Part shown: in pieces, positions 20,238 through 30,269 of the stretch
Layout: each line of letters starts with the position of its first letter
How positions within the stretch are numbered: position 1 is the stretch's first letter
Assembly (NCBI GenBank): GCA_963665775.2
Contig: CAXXTF010000002.1
Location: 544,001-608,000 of the forward strand
Length of the DNA stretch: 64,000 bases
Source of the DNA: Dehalococcoidia bacterium
Lineage (GTDB): Bacteria; Chloroflexota; Dehalococcoidia; SM23-28-2; RBG-16-64-32
Direction: 5' to 3'
Translations under genes and position numbers: made by a program
The notes under the pieces: model-generated
The model's input: only the letters and a program-made list of their open reading frames with translations
Told to the model about the DNA's origin: nothing
The model's database searches: none

Positions 20238-20704
20238 CCCCTCTTCTCCCGCAGGGCGATCACTAGACGGCGTGGGGCCAGGTCGAGCAGCTCCTCATCG
20301 GTAGCGCGGGCGGGAATCCCGTAGAAGTACCGGCTAGCCCGGGGGAAGGCCCGGTTGAACAGCCGCAACACGCGGGCCACTGTCTGGGCATCGGTGACCC
20401 GCTCGGCTACCGCCTGGAAGCGGCGGTTGCCAATCTGCACCCACACGTTAGGCTCCCTGGCCAGGTTGCGGTGCCAGTTACTGTGGGACCCGGCCTCGGA
20501 CAGCAGGTAGGGGATGCCGTCGATCCGATGGTAGGACAGGGGAGTGGTGCGAGGGCGGCCGCTCTTGCGGCCGGTGGTGGTCAGCAAGAGCACGTTGCGC
20601 CCCAGGAGCGGGCCTAGACCCAGCCGGTAAAAAAGGATGGGGGTTCTCGCCAGCACCGCGGCAATACCCCGGTTCCGGTGGGATGGTGGCACCTCGTCCT
20701 TCAT
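20234..20704 (-). CDS. Deazaflavin (F420)-dependent nitroreductase-family protein
   Basis: LLLTTTGRKSGRPRTTPL, WHRNL..EPNV. Confidence 0.88.
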   Translation of the reverse strand: MKDEVPPSHRNRGIAAVLARTPILFYRLGLGPLLGRNVLLLTTTGRKSGRPRTTPLSYHRIDGIPYLLSEAGSHSNWHRNLAREPNVWVQIGNRRFQAVAERVTDAQTVARVLRLFNRAFPRASRYFYGIPARATDEELLDLAPRRLVIALREKRG

Positions 20705-20745
20705 AGCAAGTTACTGGGCAAGTCACTGGCCCTGGGCTTTCGCCC

Positions 20746-21546
20746 CTACATCATGATAAGGTCTTCGCCACCGTCCACCAGCAGCACGTTACCCGTGCTC
20801 CAAGCGCTATCCTCTCTCGAGATGAGGGCTATGGTGCGCGCAACATCCTCGGCGGCGGTGATGCGCCCGCCCGGGTTGTGCTCGCGACCGAACTCCAGCA
20901 TCTGCTCGTGCCCGGGGATCTTGCGCAGGGCAGCGGTGTCTGTGATGCCGGCCTGGATGGCGTTTACCGCGATACCCCGCGACGAGAGCTCGACGGCGAG
21001 GTGCCGAACGTGGTACTCCAGGGCAGCCTTGGCACAGCCGGTTGGGCCGTAGGAGGGGAGAACGCGGTGCGAACCGGAGCTCGTCATGGCGAACAGCTTG
21101 GAGCCCGGTCCCAGCAGCTCGCGGTAGTACAGGTCCTGAACCCAGTAGACCAGGCTATGCGCCATGACATCTAGGGTCATCTCCATCTGCTTCTGTGACA
21201 CCGCCTGTGTCGGGTCATCGGGCACGTACGGCCGCAGGGAGCCGAAGGCGAGGGAATGCATTACGACGCGCAGGCGTTCGTCCGGGGCCAGACGTTCCCT
21301 GATGTCGGCGACGACTTGGGCGCGCTTCTCGGCATCGGCGGCGTTGATGTTGAAAAAGACCGCCTGCCGGCCCAGCCCCTCGATTTGCTCAGCCACCCGC
21401 CGGGCCTGAGGAAGAGTGGCTCGTAGATCGAGATGTACGCCGAAGATGTTCATCCCGCCCCGAGCCAGCTCTAGGGCCGTGGCAGCGCCGTGCCCGCTGG
21501 AGGCGCCCAGGATCAGGGCCCACCTATCCTTCAGGTTGTTGTTCAC
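20746..21546 (-). CDS. SDR oxidoreductase, enoyl-ACP reductase-like
   Basis: LGASSGHG, YGPTGCAKAALE (Yx6K), VNAIQAG.TDTAALRKIPG. Confidence 0.85.
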   Translation of the reverse strand: MNNNLKDRWALILGASSGHGAATALELARGGMNIFGVHLDLRATLPQARRVAEQIEGLGRQAVFFNINAADAEKRAQVVADIRERLAPDERLRVVMHSLAFGSLRPYVPDDPTQAVSQKQMEMTLDVMAHSLVYWVQDLYYRELLGPGSKLFAMTSSGSHRVLPSYGPTGCAKAALEYHVRHLAVELSSRGIAVNAIQAGITDTAALRKIPGHEQMLEFGREHNPGGRITAAEDVARTIALISREDSAWSTGNVLLVDGGEDLIMM

Positions 21547-21578
21547 GAGACCTCCTTACGAGAGCGCATCCTCACGTT

Positions 21579-22448
21579 TCAGGTTAACCGCAACGACGAG
21601 AGGTAGGACTTCAGCTCCGGGCCTATATCCTCGCGCCCCAGGGCCAGCGAGAGCGAAGCCTTGAGCAGCCCGATAGGACGACCCGTATCGAAGCGCTCGC
21701 CCCTATACTGGCAGGCGTACAGAGGATGGCCCTCACTTATGAGCATGGACAGCGTGTCCGTGAGCTGGATCTCGCCGGAAACGCCGGCAGGGGTGCGCTC
21801 CAACAAGGGCCACACCTCCGGCCCGAGAACATAGCGGCCAACGGCAGCCAGGTCCGAGGGCGCCTCCTCAGCCCTCGGCTTCTCCACGATGCCGCGCACC
21901 CGGAATACTCGCTCCTCCACCGCCTCCGGGGTGATCACCCCGTAGTGCACCACCTCCTCCGAAGGTAGCCGCTGTACCGCCAGTACGCTACCCCCGTACC
22001 GCTCATGCACGTCGATGAGCTGCCGAATGGCCGGCACCTCGGACACGATCACGTCGTCCGGAAAGAAGAGGGCAAACGGCTCATCCCCCACCACGCGACG
22101 GGCCATCAGAACGGCGTGGGCAATGCCTCTCCGCTCCTTCTGCCTGACGAACGAGATGTCCACTATCTCTGCCAGGCGGCGTACCTCGCGCAGCATGGCT
22201 TCGTTGCCCGTCTCGGACAGCACGCGCTCCAGATCAGCATCCCGATCGAAGTGATCCTCGACAGCGCGCTTGGGGCCACTGGTGACCATGACGATATGCT
22301 CCAGCCCGGCCGCCACCGCCTCCTCCACTATGTACTGGATGACCGGACGGTCGACGACGGGGAGCATCTCCTTGGGAACAGCCTTGGTGGCCGGCAGGAA
22401 GCGGGTGCCATAGCCTGCAGCCAGGAGGACGGCCTTGCGAACCTTCAT
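21579..22448 (-). CDS. galU: UTP-glucose-1-phosphate uridylyltransferase
   Basis: AAGYGTRFLPATKAVPKEMLP, VEKP, GEIQLTD. Confidence 0.95.
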   Translation of the reverse strand: MKVRKAVLLAAGYGTRFLPATKAVPKEMLPVVDRPVIQYIVEEAVAAGLEHIVMVTSGPKRAVEDHFDRDADLERVLSETGNEAMLREVRRLAEIVDISFVRQKERRGIAHAVLMARRVVGDEPFALFFPDDVIVSEVPAIRQLIDVHERYGGSVLAVQRLPSEEVVHYGVITPEAVEERVFRVRGIVEKPRAEEAPSDLAAVGRYVLGPEVWPLLERTPAGVSGEIQLTDTLSMLISEGHPLYACQYRGERFDTGRPIGLLKASLSLALGREDIGPELKSYLSSLRLT

Positions 22449-22630
22449 CTGAGGCGCGGCGCTCCTTTCCTCTTTCGCTAGGCGGTAGTCTACCGCAGGG
22501 CCCTGTCGCTAGCAAGTAAAAACCGTCTGTTCCCGCCCCCGGGCGCTGCTGGGCCACTGCCGTCACTCGCAGGCAACGCACCCCCGGTTGGCCCCGGGAT
22601 ATAGGCGCTTCTTTAGCTGCCTGGTTAGCC

Positions 22631-22661
22631 TTGACAACAACCTTTCCCGTCATGGTACGAT
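22631..22661 (+). promoter_or_regulatory. Promoter of SRP RNA
   Basis: TTGACA (22631-22636); extended -10 TGG-TACGAT (22653-22661). Confidence 0.6.
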
Positions 22662-22668
22662 GGCCTGC

Positions 22669-22937
22669 GGTCGTGCTAGACGGGGAGCTAGCGGTGCCCT
22701 GTACTCGCAATCCGCTATAGCGAGGTCGAATTCCCGCTCGAGGTCTTGGCGCCGTAGGGACTGTCCTTGATAAGTGGTGTTGATAGCCTGGCCCTGCGCG
22801 GCGGGACCCTGTGAACTCCGTCAGGCCCGGAAGGGAGCAGCGGTAAGCGGTGAGTTCCGGGTGCCGCAGGTATAACCGGGCAGGAGCTGGCTGTTAAGGG
22901 TAAGCCTGCGAGCCGGATCGACAGCGGGTGCACGACC
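22669..22937 (+). ncRNA. ffs: Large bacterial SRP RNA with Alu domain
   Basis: TCAGGCCCGGAAGGGAGCAGC helix 8; Alu-like CGGGGAGCTAGCGGTGCCCTGTAC..GCAATCCGC as in Bacillus scRNA; terminal GGTCGTGC/GCACGACC pairing. Confidence 0.95.
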
Positions 22938-22983
22938 ATTATCAGATAGGCAGGCCCGCCGAGGCGGGCCCCATCAGGCTGAG

Positions 22984-24324
22984 GTGGTCTTGGCGAATTC
23001 AGGGACCGACAGGCGTCGCTCCGGCAGTGGGCGCGCGCAGCGTAACGACGAGCTGTCCCCCCGGATAGCGAACCTCCCCAATAGCAGCCTTCACTTGGCC
23101 CTGCTGATGGCGACGGCGGTGGCTCTCCTGATCGCTGTGGTTGTTCCCATCCGTGCCTTTGCCAGCGGCCAGGGGACGCCGGACACTCCCATCGCCATCG
23201 GTGCCGGCTTGACGGCTGCCCTGGACCCTCAGGCTCAGAGCATAGCCAGTATCCCGGCGGAGGCGAGCGATTCCTCGGCGTACTCGGCGTTCGCCTCTCT
23301 AGAGAGGCTGCAGTCTCTTCCCGGTGCCACCCTGGTGCCACCGTCCCTGCTGGCTGCCGTGGGCAGAATCGTGGCCAGCGGAGTGGTGCAGTTCCCTCAG
23401 TTACAGGCAGCCCTGCTGGTTCAGTGGCAGCAGCCCGTCCCGATTACCATCTACCAACAGGGCCTCCCCTCGATACATCTGACCTTCGGCTTCACAGTGG
23501 GCCAGGCCCTGGCCGGTCAGAACATCACGATCGGCCCCTATGACCGCCTCTCGCCGGCCCCAGAGACGGCCCTCGTCCCGGGGCTCCATGTTTACGTGCA
23601 ATATGCCAGCCTAGTGGACCTCGTCGTGAACGGGGAACAGTGGACGGCCTACACCCACGTCGCCACCGTCGGCGACTTCCTGGACGAAGCCGAGGTCAAG
23701 CTGGGGCCGCTCGATCGTGTGTCCCCCGGCCTCACCGAGCCTATCGGCCGGAGCACGCAGGTCGAGGTCACGAGCGTCGACGCGGCCATCGAGTATCTGG
23801 AGGAACCGCTCCCGTTCGACACCATCTACCGGGGCGACGCGAGCCTGTTGGAGGGCGACCGCACGCTGATCCAGGCTGGAAGTGCCGGTCTCGTCCGCAA
23901 GGCCTACCTGATTCACTACGAGAACGGAATCTACGTCGGACGCCAGCTCCTCGGGGAGACGACCGTACAGGCCACCGATGAGATCATCGGCCTGGGCATT
24001 CAGGTGGTCGCCAGGCCGGAGCCTCCGCCGGAGGGTGAGTTGGAATGCGCCGACACCATGACCGTGTGGGCCACCTGGTACACGGCGGCCAACGGCGGCG
24101 GCTCCGGGATAACATTTACGGGTACGGCCGTCTACAAGGGGATCGTCGCCGTGGACCCCAGCGTCATCCCCCTGGGCACGGAGATGTACATCCCGGGCTA
24201 CGGATACGGCCTGGCCGCCGACACCGGCGGCGGCGTCATCGGCAACTGGATCGACCTGGGATACGGTCCAGACGATGTGTACGATTGGGCTACGGGCTGG
24301 GTGGATATCTGCATCCTGGGCTAG
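22984..24324 (+). CDS. YabE/RpfB-like protein: N-terminal TM, DUF348, G5 and 3D domains
   Basis: TVGDFLDEAEVKLGPLDRVSPGL (DUF348); G5-like segment; VAVDPSVIPLGT...AADTGG...IDL (3D); precedes rsmA-ispE; start uncertain. Confidence 0.85.
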   Translation: MVLANSGTDRRRSGSGRAQRNDELSPRIANLPNSSLHLALLMATAVALLIAVVVPIRAFASGQGTPDTPIAIGAGLTAALDPQAQSIASIPAEASDSSAYSAFASLERLQSLPGATLVPPSLLAAVGRIVASGVVQFPQLQAALLVQWQQPVPITIYQQGLPSIHLTFGFTVGQALAGQNITIGPYDRLSPAPETALVPGLHVYVQYASLVDLVVNGEQWTAYTHVATVGDFLDEAEVKLGPLDRVSPGLTEPIGRSTQVEVTSVDAAIEYLEEPLPFDTIYRGDASLLEGDRTLIQAGSAGLVRKAYLIHYENGIYVGRQLLGETTVQATDEIIGLGIQVVARPEPPPEGELECADTMTVWATWYTAANGGGSGITFTGTAVYKGIVAVDPSVIPLGTEMYIPGYGYGLAADTGGGVIGNWIDLGYGPDDVYDWATGWVDICILG

Positions 24325-24375
24325 AGGAGATCTGGCAATAGAGCGCGGGCCCGCCCGGTATCGTATCATGGCCGT

Positions 24376-25203
24376 GTGACGGAGCCCCGCCGAAACCGCC
24401 CCCGAAAGTCCCTGGGCCAGCACTGGTTGGTGGATCGCCGGCTCCTGAACCGCATCGCCGCCGCGGCGGACCCCGGGCCAGAAGATACCGTTCTGGAGAT
24501 TGGCGCCGGCACCGGCCTTCTGACAGACGCCCTGGCCCAACGCGCAGCACGCCTCATCGCCGTGGAGGTCGATCCTGATCTGGCCGAGCGACTCCGACAG
24601 CACTTTGTCGATCGCCCTGAGGTCTCCGTCGTCGCCGCCGATGCCCTGTCAGTTCCGCCAGAAGAGCTGCTAACCGCCGCTGGCGGCCGCCCGCCCTACA
24701 TGCTGGTAGGGAACCTCCCCTATTTCATCGGCACGGCTATAGTGCGGCACTTTCTGCGCGCCGCCGTACCACCCCGCCAACTGCTGGTCACGCTCCAGGC
24801 GGACGTGGCAGAAAGGATCGCCGCCGGGCCGGGCCGCATGAGCTATCTCAGCGTGGAGACACAGCTCTTCGCCCAGGCCCGGATACTGTTTTTCCTCCCG
24901 CCCAGCGCCTTCCGGCCGCCGCCGAAGGTGCGTTCGGCCCTCCTCCGCCTCGATGCCCGCGACCGCATCGCCGTGGACGTGGACGATCCCGAAGCGTTCC
25001 TCCGCCTCGTGCAGGCGGGCTTCGCCGCCCCCCGCAAGCGAACCCGCAACTCCCTGGCGGTAGGCCTCAGGGCCAGCCCCTCGCAAGCGGGTGCGATGCT
25101 GTGCGCCGCAGCCATCGATGAGGGGCTGCGACCGGCCGGCCTCAGCCTGGAAGACTGGGCGCGGCTGTACGTGGCGTACCGACAGCCCGCCGGAGCAGAA
25201 TAG
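24376..25203 (+). CDS. rsmA: 16S rRNA dimethyladenosine transferase
   Basis: KSLGQHWL, VLEIGAGTG, VGNLPY, FRPPPKV.SA. Confidence 0.95.
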   Translation: MTEPRRNRPRKSLGQHWLVDRRLLNRIAAAADPGPEDTVLEIGAGTGLLTDALAQRAARLIAVEVDPDLAERLRQHFVDRPEVSVVAADALSVPPEELLTAAGGRPPYMLVGNLPYFIGTAIVRHFLRAAVPPRQLLVTLQADVAERIAAGPGRMSYLSVETQLFAQARILFFLPPSAFRPPPKVRSALLRLDARDRIAVDVDDPEAFLRLVQAGFAAPRKRTRNSLAVGLRASPSQAGAMLCAAAIDEGLRPAGLSLEDWARLYVAYRQPAGAE

Positions 25204-25208
25204 CACTC

Positions 25209-26078
25209 ATGCGCCTCATCGCTCCAGCGAAGATCAACTGGACCCTGGACGTGCTGGGCCGCCGCGACGACGGCTACCACGAGGTGCGCACCGTACTGCA
25301 GACCATCGACCTCTTTGACGACGTGTGCCTCGATCCGGCAGAGACCCTCACCATCGCCGCCGGGAGCGGTTACTCGCCTTCCGAAGACGATCTGGCCCTG
25401 GCCGCCGCCCGCCTCCTGGCGGAGGTCGCGGATCGACCGCCGCGGGCCACCATAAGCATCGCGAAGCGCATCCCCGCTACCGCCGGACTGGGCGGCGGCA
25501 GCTCCAACGCCGCCGCGGTCCTGCGAGGCCTGAACCTGAAATGGGGCGTAGCCTGGGAACCGGGCCGCCTGTCCCAGGTGGCCGCTCGCCTCGGCTCCGA
25601 CGTTCCGTTCTTCCTCTACGGAGGCACCGCTCTAGCCCAGGGACGGGGTGAGCTCATTACGCCCTTGCCTGACTCTGCCACTGCCTGGCTCGTGCTTCTG
25701 GTGCCGCCCTTCAAGCCGAGCCACAAGACGAAGCGCATGTACCAGGCGCTGACCCCTACTGACTTCAGCGACGGCTCCCACACCGAGGCCCTCGTGAGCC
25801 GTCTTCGTCAGGGCGGACACATCAATGACGCCTGCCTGTACAACGTCTTCGAGCGGGCCGCCTACGAAACTTTCGCCGGGCTGACCGCCTATCGTGAAGC
25901 CCTCCTGGCTGCCGGCGCCCCTCATGTACACCTGGCCGGATCCGGCCCGGCCCTGTTCGCCCTGGCCACCGACAGGTCGGAGGCGGAAGAAATATATCGG
26001 TCTCTGCGTCCCCCCGGCGGCGAGTTCTTTCTCGCTCGAACTGTAGCCGCCCATGAGGCTCTGGCGATTGAGGACTGA
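25209..26078 (+). CDS. ispE: 4-diphosphocytidyl-2-C-methyl-D-erythritol kinase
   Basis: APAKINWTL, RRDDGYHE, KRIP..AGLGGGSSNAA, LGSDVPFF. Confidence 0.95.
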   Translation: MRLIAPAKINWTLDVLGRRDDGYHEVRTVLQTIDLFDDVCLDPAETLTIAAGSGYSPSEDDLALAAARLLAEVADRPPRATISIAKRIPATAGLGGGSSNAAAVLRGLNLKWGVAWEPGRLSQVAARLGSDVPFFLYGGTALAQGRGELITPLPDSATAWLVLLVPPFKPSHKTKRMYQALTPTDFSDGSHTEALVSRLRQGGHINDACLYNVFERAAYETFAGLTAYREALLAAGAPHVHLAGSGPALFALATDRSEAEEIYRSLRPPGGEFFLARTVAAHEALAIED

Positions 26079-26120
26079 ACACTGAACACTGAACTGAACA
26101 CTGAACACTGAACACTGAAC
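26074..26120 (+). repeat. Heptamer tandem repeat (ACTGAAC)n
   Basis: Six full ACTGAAC units plus one 5-nt ACTGA unit. Confidence 0.95.
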
Positions 26121-26121
26121 G

Positions 26122-26541
26122 ATGAAAGAGGTTTTCGCTGGCTTCGTGGTGGGCTACGCCTACTCCCTTCTGTTTTCCGCATTCGTTGCCGTGATGACCA
26201 TCAGTGCGCGCAGCCGGGTGCCGTACCTGGCCAAGGCGATCGCCCCCAACATCAGCGTTGTCATGCTGGCGGTCCCGGTCTCCATCCTGGCCTTCCTGGG
26301 ATGGACCTTGGTGGGGATGATCCTGGGTCTGCTCTATCGCGTCGCCGCCGACAACCTGGGGGGAGGAGGACTCGGTAGCCCCAACTGGCCCTTCACCCTG
26401 GCCGTGCTGCTGGCCGGCTGCGCACTCCTCATCGTCGTCCTTTACGGCTGGCGGCGTCTCCCCTGGCAGGCCTCGATCCTGACCGTCACCTTCGTCGCCC
26501 TTTTCGGTTGGGCGATGCCGTATCTGGCCAAGGCCGGCTAG
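26122..26541 (+). CDS. Hypothetical membrane protein (about 4 TM)
   Basis: Four hydrophobic segments. Confidence 0.75.
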   Translation: MKEVFAGFVVGYAYSLLFSAFVAVMTISARSRVPYLAKAIAPNISVVMLAVPVSILAFLGWTLVGMILGLLYRVAADNLGGGGLGSPNWPFTLAVLLAGCALLIVVLYGWRRLPWQASILTVTFVALFGWAMPYLAKAG

Positions 26542-26576
26542 TGATCGCTTGAGCCTAGGGTAGACTAAAGGCTAAG

Positions 26577-27320
26577 ATGGGGACACTCAATGTTAGCGGA
26601 AAGGTGGTCATCCACCACATGACCGGCACTATTGTCGATATGCATGTGCACACCGTGCGCGGCGCCGCCGACTCTTCCCTCCTCCCTGAGCAGCTCGTCG
26701 AGGAAGCCCGCCGCATCGGTCTGACCGGCGTCAACATCAGCGAGCACGACCGCGCCTGGGAGCCTCTCCAGATGGAAGAGTTCCGGAAGACAAGTGGCCT
26801 CTTCGTGAGCCAGGGCATGGAGGTCGCCACGGACATGGGCCATATTATAGTCGTCGGCTTGGACCGGTATGTGACCGGCATACGCCACGCGGAGGAGCTA
26901 CGGCGCGTGCTGGACGAAGTGGGAGGGTTCATGGCCGTGGCCCACCCCTTCCGGCACTTTTTCGACCCGGTCCACTTCCGGAGGGACGGGCGACCGCCCT
27001 TCGACATGACGCCGGAGGAGGCAGCGGAACGAATGCCCGTCTTCAAACTGGTAGACGAAATCGAGATAGCGAATGGTGGTTCCACGCAACAGGAGAACCA
27101 GTTCGCCCTGGAGGTGGCCCAGGCGCTGGGGAAGCGGGGCACCGGCGGCAGCGACTGCCATTCCACTCAGGGCATCGGCTGCTTCGTTACGGTCTTCGAG
27201 GAGGAGCTGCGCAGCCAGGAGCAGATGCTGGAGCAGCTGCAGGCCAGGCGCTTCTACGCTGCCGAGGGGCTCAACAAGGGCGCTATGAGGCCGTTCGTGG
27301 AGACCGCCGTCCCCAACTAA
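26577..27320 (+). CDS. PHP-domain metal-dependent phosphoesterase
   Basis: DMHVHT, SEHD, GMEV..DMGH, AHPFR, GGSDCH; start may be 26619. Confidence 0.88.
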   Translation: MGTLNVSGKVVIHHMTGTIVDMHVHTVRGAADSSLLPEQLVEEARRIGLTGVNISEHDRAWEPLQMEEFRKTSGLFVSQGMEVATDMGHIIVVGLDRYVTGIRHAEELRRVLDEVGGFMAVAHPFRHFFDPVHFRRDGRPPFDMTPEEAAERMPVFKLVDEIEIANGGSTQQENQFALEVAQALGKRGTGGSDCHSTQGIGCFVTVFEEELRSQEQMLEQLQARRFYAAEGLNKGAMRPFVETAVPN

Positions 27321-27421
27321 GCGAAAAGGCCGCCTCGCCTTGGGCGGGACCGCGGCCAGAATGCCACCGGGGAGATAGGCGCGGTCCGCTAACCTGCCTC
27401 GGCTGCTACAATGGCGGCGGG

Positions 27422-30211
27422 TTGGCTACTACTTACGTTGCCCTGGATCTGGAGACCACCGGCCTCGACTTTCGTACCGACGCGATCATCGAGGTGGGCG
27501 CCGTTCGCTTCGACGGCGACGGCGTCCGCCACCGCTACTCCACCCTCGTGAACCCGCGGCGGCCGCTCCCGCCCCGAATACAGGAGCTCACCGGCATCCG
27601 CGATGAGGAGTTACGGCAAGCGCCTCCCCTCGAAGCGATCACCCAGGAGCTGGAGGCGTTCCTCCATGGTGCGGTAATCGTCGGCCACAACGTCGTTGGG
27701 TTCGATGTCCGATTCCTGGACGCTGCCAGCATCCGCTACGGTGAGTCGCTTTACGACACGTTCGACTTGGCTACCCTCCTTCTGCCCGGCCTCACCCAGT
27801 ACAGTCTGGCCGCCCTGGCCGCGCACTTCCAAATCGACTTCCCCGTCCAGCACCGGGCCCTGGCCGACGCCGAGGCCACCCGCGACCTCTTCCTGGCCCT
27901 GCAAGAACAGGCTCTCCAACTGCAGCCGAACGTCCTTGGCCAGGTCGCTCAGTGGCTAACCCCTACCGCCTGGCCCTGGCGCGGATTCTTTCCGGAGGTA
28001 TGGGAGATGGCGCAGGCTTCGGCTCCGGCCGGGGGCCGTCCCTTCCGCCTGCAGCCACCGACCATCGCCGGCCCCCTGTCGCCGCGCTCGCGACCGGAGC
28101 CGGTCCCGGTGGAACAACCGCTGGCCGTCCTGGCCTCCGGCCAGCGCCAACCGGAAGCACTCCCCCAGTTCGAGGAGCGGCCCGAGCAGCAGGCGATGGT
28201 TCGGGCCGTCAACGAGGCCCTGAACGAGGGGCAGCGCCTGCTGGTTGAGGCCGGCACGGGCACCGGTAAGTCGCTCGCCTATCTGATTCCTGCCGCCTGC
28301 GAGGCCCTGACCAACGACCGACGCGTTGTGATCTCCACAGCCACCATCAACCTTCAGGACCAGTTAACCGGTAAGGACCTGCCGGCCCTGCGAGCCCTTC
28401 TGCCAGACGACTCGACCGAGCTGCGGGCCTGCCAGCTCAAGGGCCGGCGCAACTACCTCTGCCTGCGACGGTTCGCTGCCCTGCAGGCGTCACCCTCCCT
28501 AAGCGACGACGAGGCCCATATCGCCGCCCGCATCCTCATCTGGCTCACCCAGACGGAGACCGGGGACCGCGGGGAACTGCGTCTCACCCCGGCGGAGGAG
28601 ACCATCTGGCGCCGTCTCAGCGCCGAGGGAGCCGACTGCAGCGTCAACAACAGCCCCTTCATGGTCGAAGGCACCTGTTTCCTCCAGCGCGCCCGCCGCC
28701 GCGCTGAGAGCTCCCACATCGTTGTCGTTAACCACTCCCTCCTCCTCTCCGACATCGCCAGCGAGGGGCGCGTCCTCCCGCCCTACGATCACCTGGTTGT
28801 GGACGAGGCCCATCACCTGGAGGAAGAGGCCACCCGCCAGTTCGGCTTCACCTGCCGCGAGAGTGAGGTGGCGGAACTCCTCGATCGGATGGAGGGGCTG
28901 TCGCCGTCGCTTCGAGGGGCACTCGGAGGTGCTGACCCCCTCGGCCCAGCCGGCCAGATCACGGGCACGGTAGACGCCGTGCGCCGGGCCGCCCGTGGTA
29001 CTCGATCCCATCATCAGGAGCTATCGCGCCAGCTTCTCGCCTTCCTCCGCCAGCAGGCCGGCGGGGCCGCCGAGCAGGAACCGCGCCTTCTCATCACCCG
29101 TGGCATGCGCGTTCAGCCGGACTGGTCCGGCGTGGAGATGGCGTGGGAGAACCTGGGTCTGAGTCTCCGCGAGGCGCTCGGACTCCTAGATCGACTACAG
29201 GCCGCCCTCAGCGAGACAGGAGAGTCGGGGGTCGTGAACAGCGAGATGCTCCTGGCGGAGGTGGACGCTCTGAGGCAGGAAGGACAGGCCCTGGTGGACG
29301 GCCTGGCTGTCGCCCTGGAGCGGGATGACCCAGAGCGGGTCGTCTGGCTGGAGCGAGAGCGGGGGGACGGCAGCCTGGTCGTCGCCTGGGCCCCGCTGCA
29401 CGTCGACGAGACGTTGCGCACCCGGCTGTATGACGACCGGAGCAGCGTCATCCTCACAGGGGCGACGCTCACCAGCCAAGGCAGCTTCGACTACCTGCGT
29501 GAGCGCTTGGGCCTGGAGGATGCACAGACGCTTGCCATGGACTCCCCCTTCGACTTCCAGGGGGCCGCTCTGGTTCTTGTGCCCCACGACATGCCAGAGC
29601 CCAGCCAGTCCGATTACCTGGACGCCCTTGGCCGCGCCATCGTCGACCTGGCGCGCGCCTCGGCCGGGCGGGCCCTGGTTCTGTTCACCTCCCACGCCAC
29701 CCTGCGAGCCTCGCACGCCTTTATCCGCGAACCGCTCCAACGGGAGGGAATCGCGGTCATGGGACAGGGGATCGATGGCTCTCCTCGCTACCTGGTTCGC
29801 TACCTTCAGTCCAACCCCCGCAGCGTGATCCTCGGTACGGCCAGCTTCTGGGAGGGGATCGATGTCGTCGGCGAGGCCCTCTCCCTGCTGATCATCGCCC
29901 GCCTGCCCTTCACCGTGCCCACGGAGCCCGTCTTCGCCGCCCGCTCTGCCCTCTACGACGAGCCGTTCACGCAATACGCCGTGCCCCAGGCTACCCTCCG
30001 CTTCCGGCAGGGGTTCGGCCGCCTCATCCGCAGCAAGACCGATCGTGGCGTCCTCGTCGTCCTGGACCGTCGCATCGTCAGCAAGCGCTACGGCTCGGCC
30101 TTCCTCGACTCGCTGCCCGGCTGCTCCAAGCGCGAGGTGATGCTCCGGGAGATGCCCGCCCTCGTCCAGCAGTGGCTAGGACCAGGAGAACACACCCGCG
30201 AGGTGGAGTAA
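27422..30211 (+). CDS. dinG: DnaQ-like exonuclease-DinG helicase fusion
   Basis: LDLETTG, VGHNV, HRALADA (DEDDh); EAGTGTGKS, VDEAHH, FWEGID, QGFGRLIRS..DRG. Confidence 0.93.
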   Translation: MATTYVALDLETTGLDFRTDAIIEVGAVRFDGDGVRHRYSTLVNPRRPLPPRIQELTGIRDEELRQAPPLEAITQELEAFLHGAVIVGHNVVGFDVRFLDAASIRYGESLYDTFDLATLLLPGLTQYSLAALAAHFQIDFPVQHRALADAEATRDLFLALQEQALQLQPNVLGQVAQWLTPTAWPWRGFFPEVWEMAQASAPAGGRPFRLQPPTIAGPLSPRSRPEPVPVEQPLAVLASGQRQPEALPQFEERPEQQAMVRAVNEALNEGQRLLVEAGTGTGKSLAYLIPAACEALTNDRRVVISTATINLQDQLTGKDLPALRALLPDDSTELRACQLKGRRNYLCLRRFAALQASPSLSDDEAHIAARILIWLTQTETGDRGELRLTPAEETIWRRLSAEGADCSVNNSPFMVEGTCFLQRARRRAESSHIVVVNHSLLLSDIASEGRVLPPYDHLVVDEAHHLEEEATRQFGFTCRESEVAELLDRMEGLSPSLRGALGGADPLGPAGQITGTVDAVRRAARGTRSHHQELSRQLLAFLRQQAGGAAEQEPRLLITRGMRVQPDWSGVEMAWENLGLSLREALGLLDRLQAALSETGESGVVNSEMLLAEVDALRQEGQALVDGLAVALERDDPERVVWLERERGDGSLVVAWAPLHVDETLRTRLYDDRSSVILTGATLTSQGSFDYLRERLGLEDAQTLAMDSPFDFQGAALVLVPHDMPEPSQSDYLDALGRAIVDLARASAGRALVLFTSHATLRASHAFIREPLQREGIAVMGQGIDGSPRYLVRYLQSNPRSVILGTASFWEGIDVVGEALSLLIIARLPFTVPTEPVFAARSALYDEPFTQYAVPQATLRFRQGFGRLIRSKTDRGVLVVLDRRIVSKRYGSAFLDSLPGCSKREVMLREMPALVQQWLGPGEHTREVE

Positions 30212-30269
30212 CAGGCCTCATGGTAATATATCGAGCGGCCCTCACAGTAGGATCGAGGAGGTAGCCCAG

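Noticed and set aside
26074-26120. Repeat considered as a CRISPR array
   Set aside because: 7-nt tandem units without spacers; no cas genes in the window
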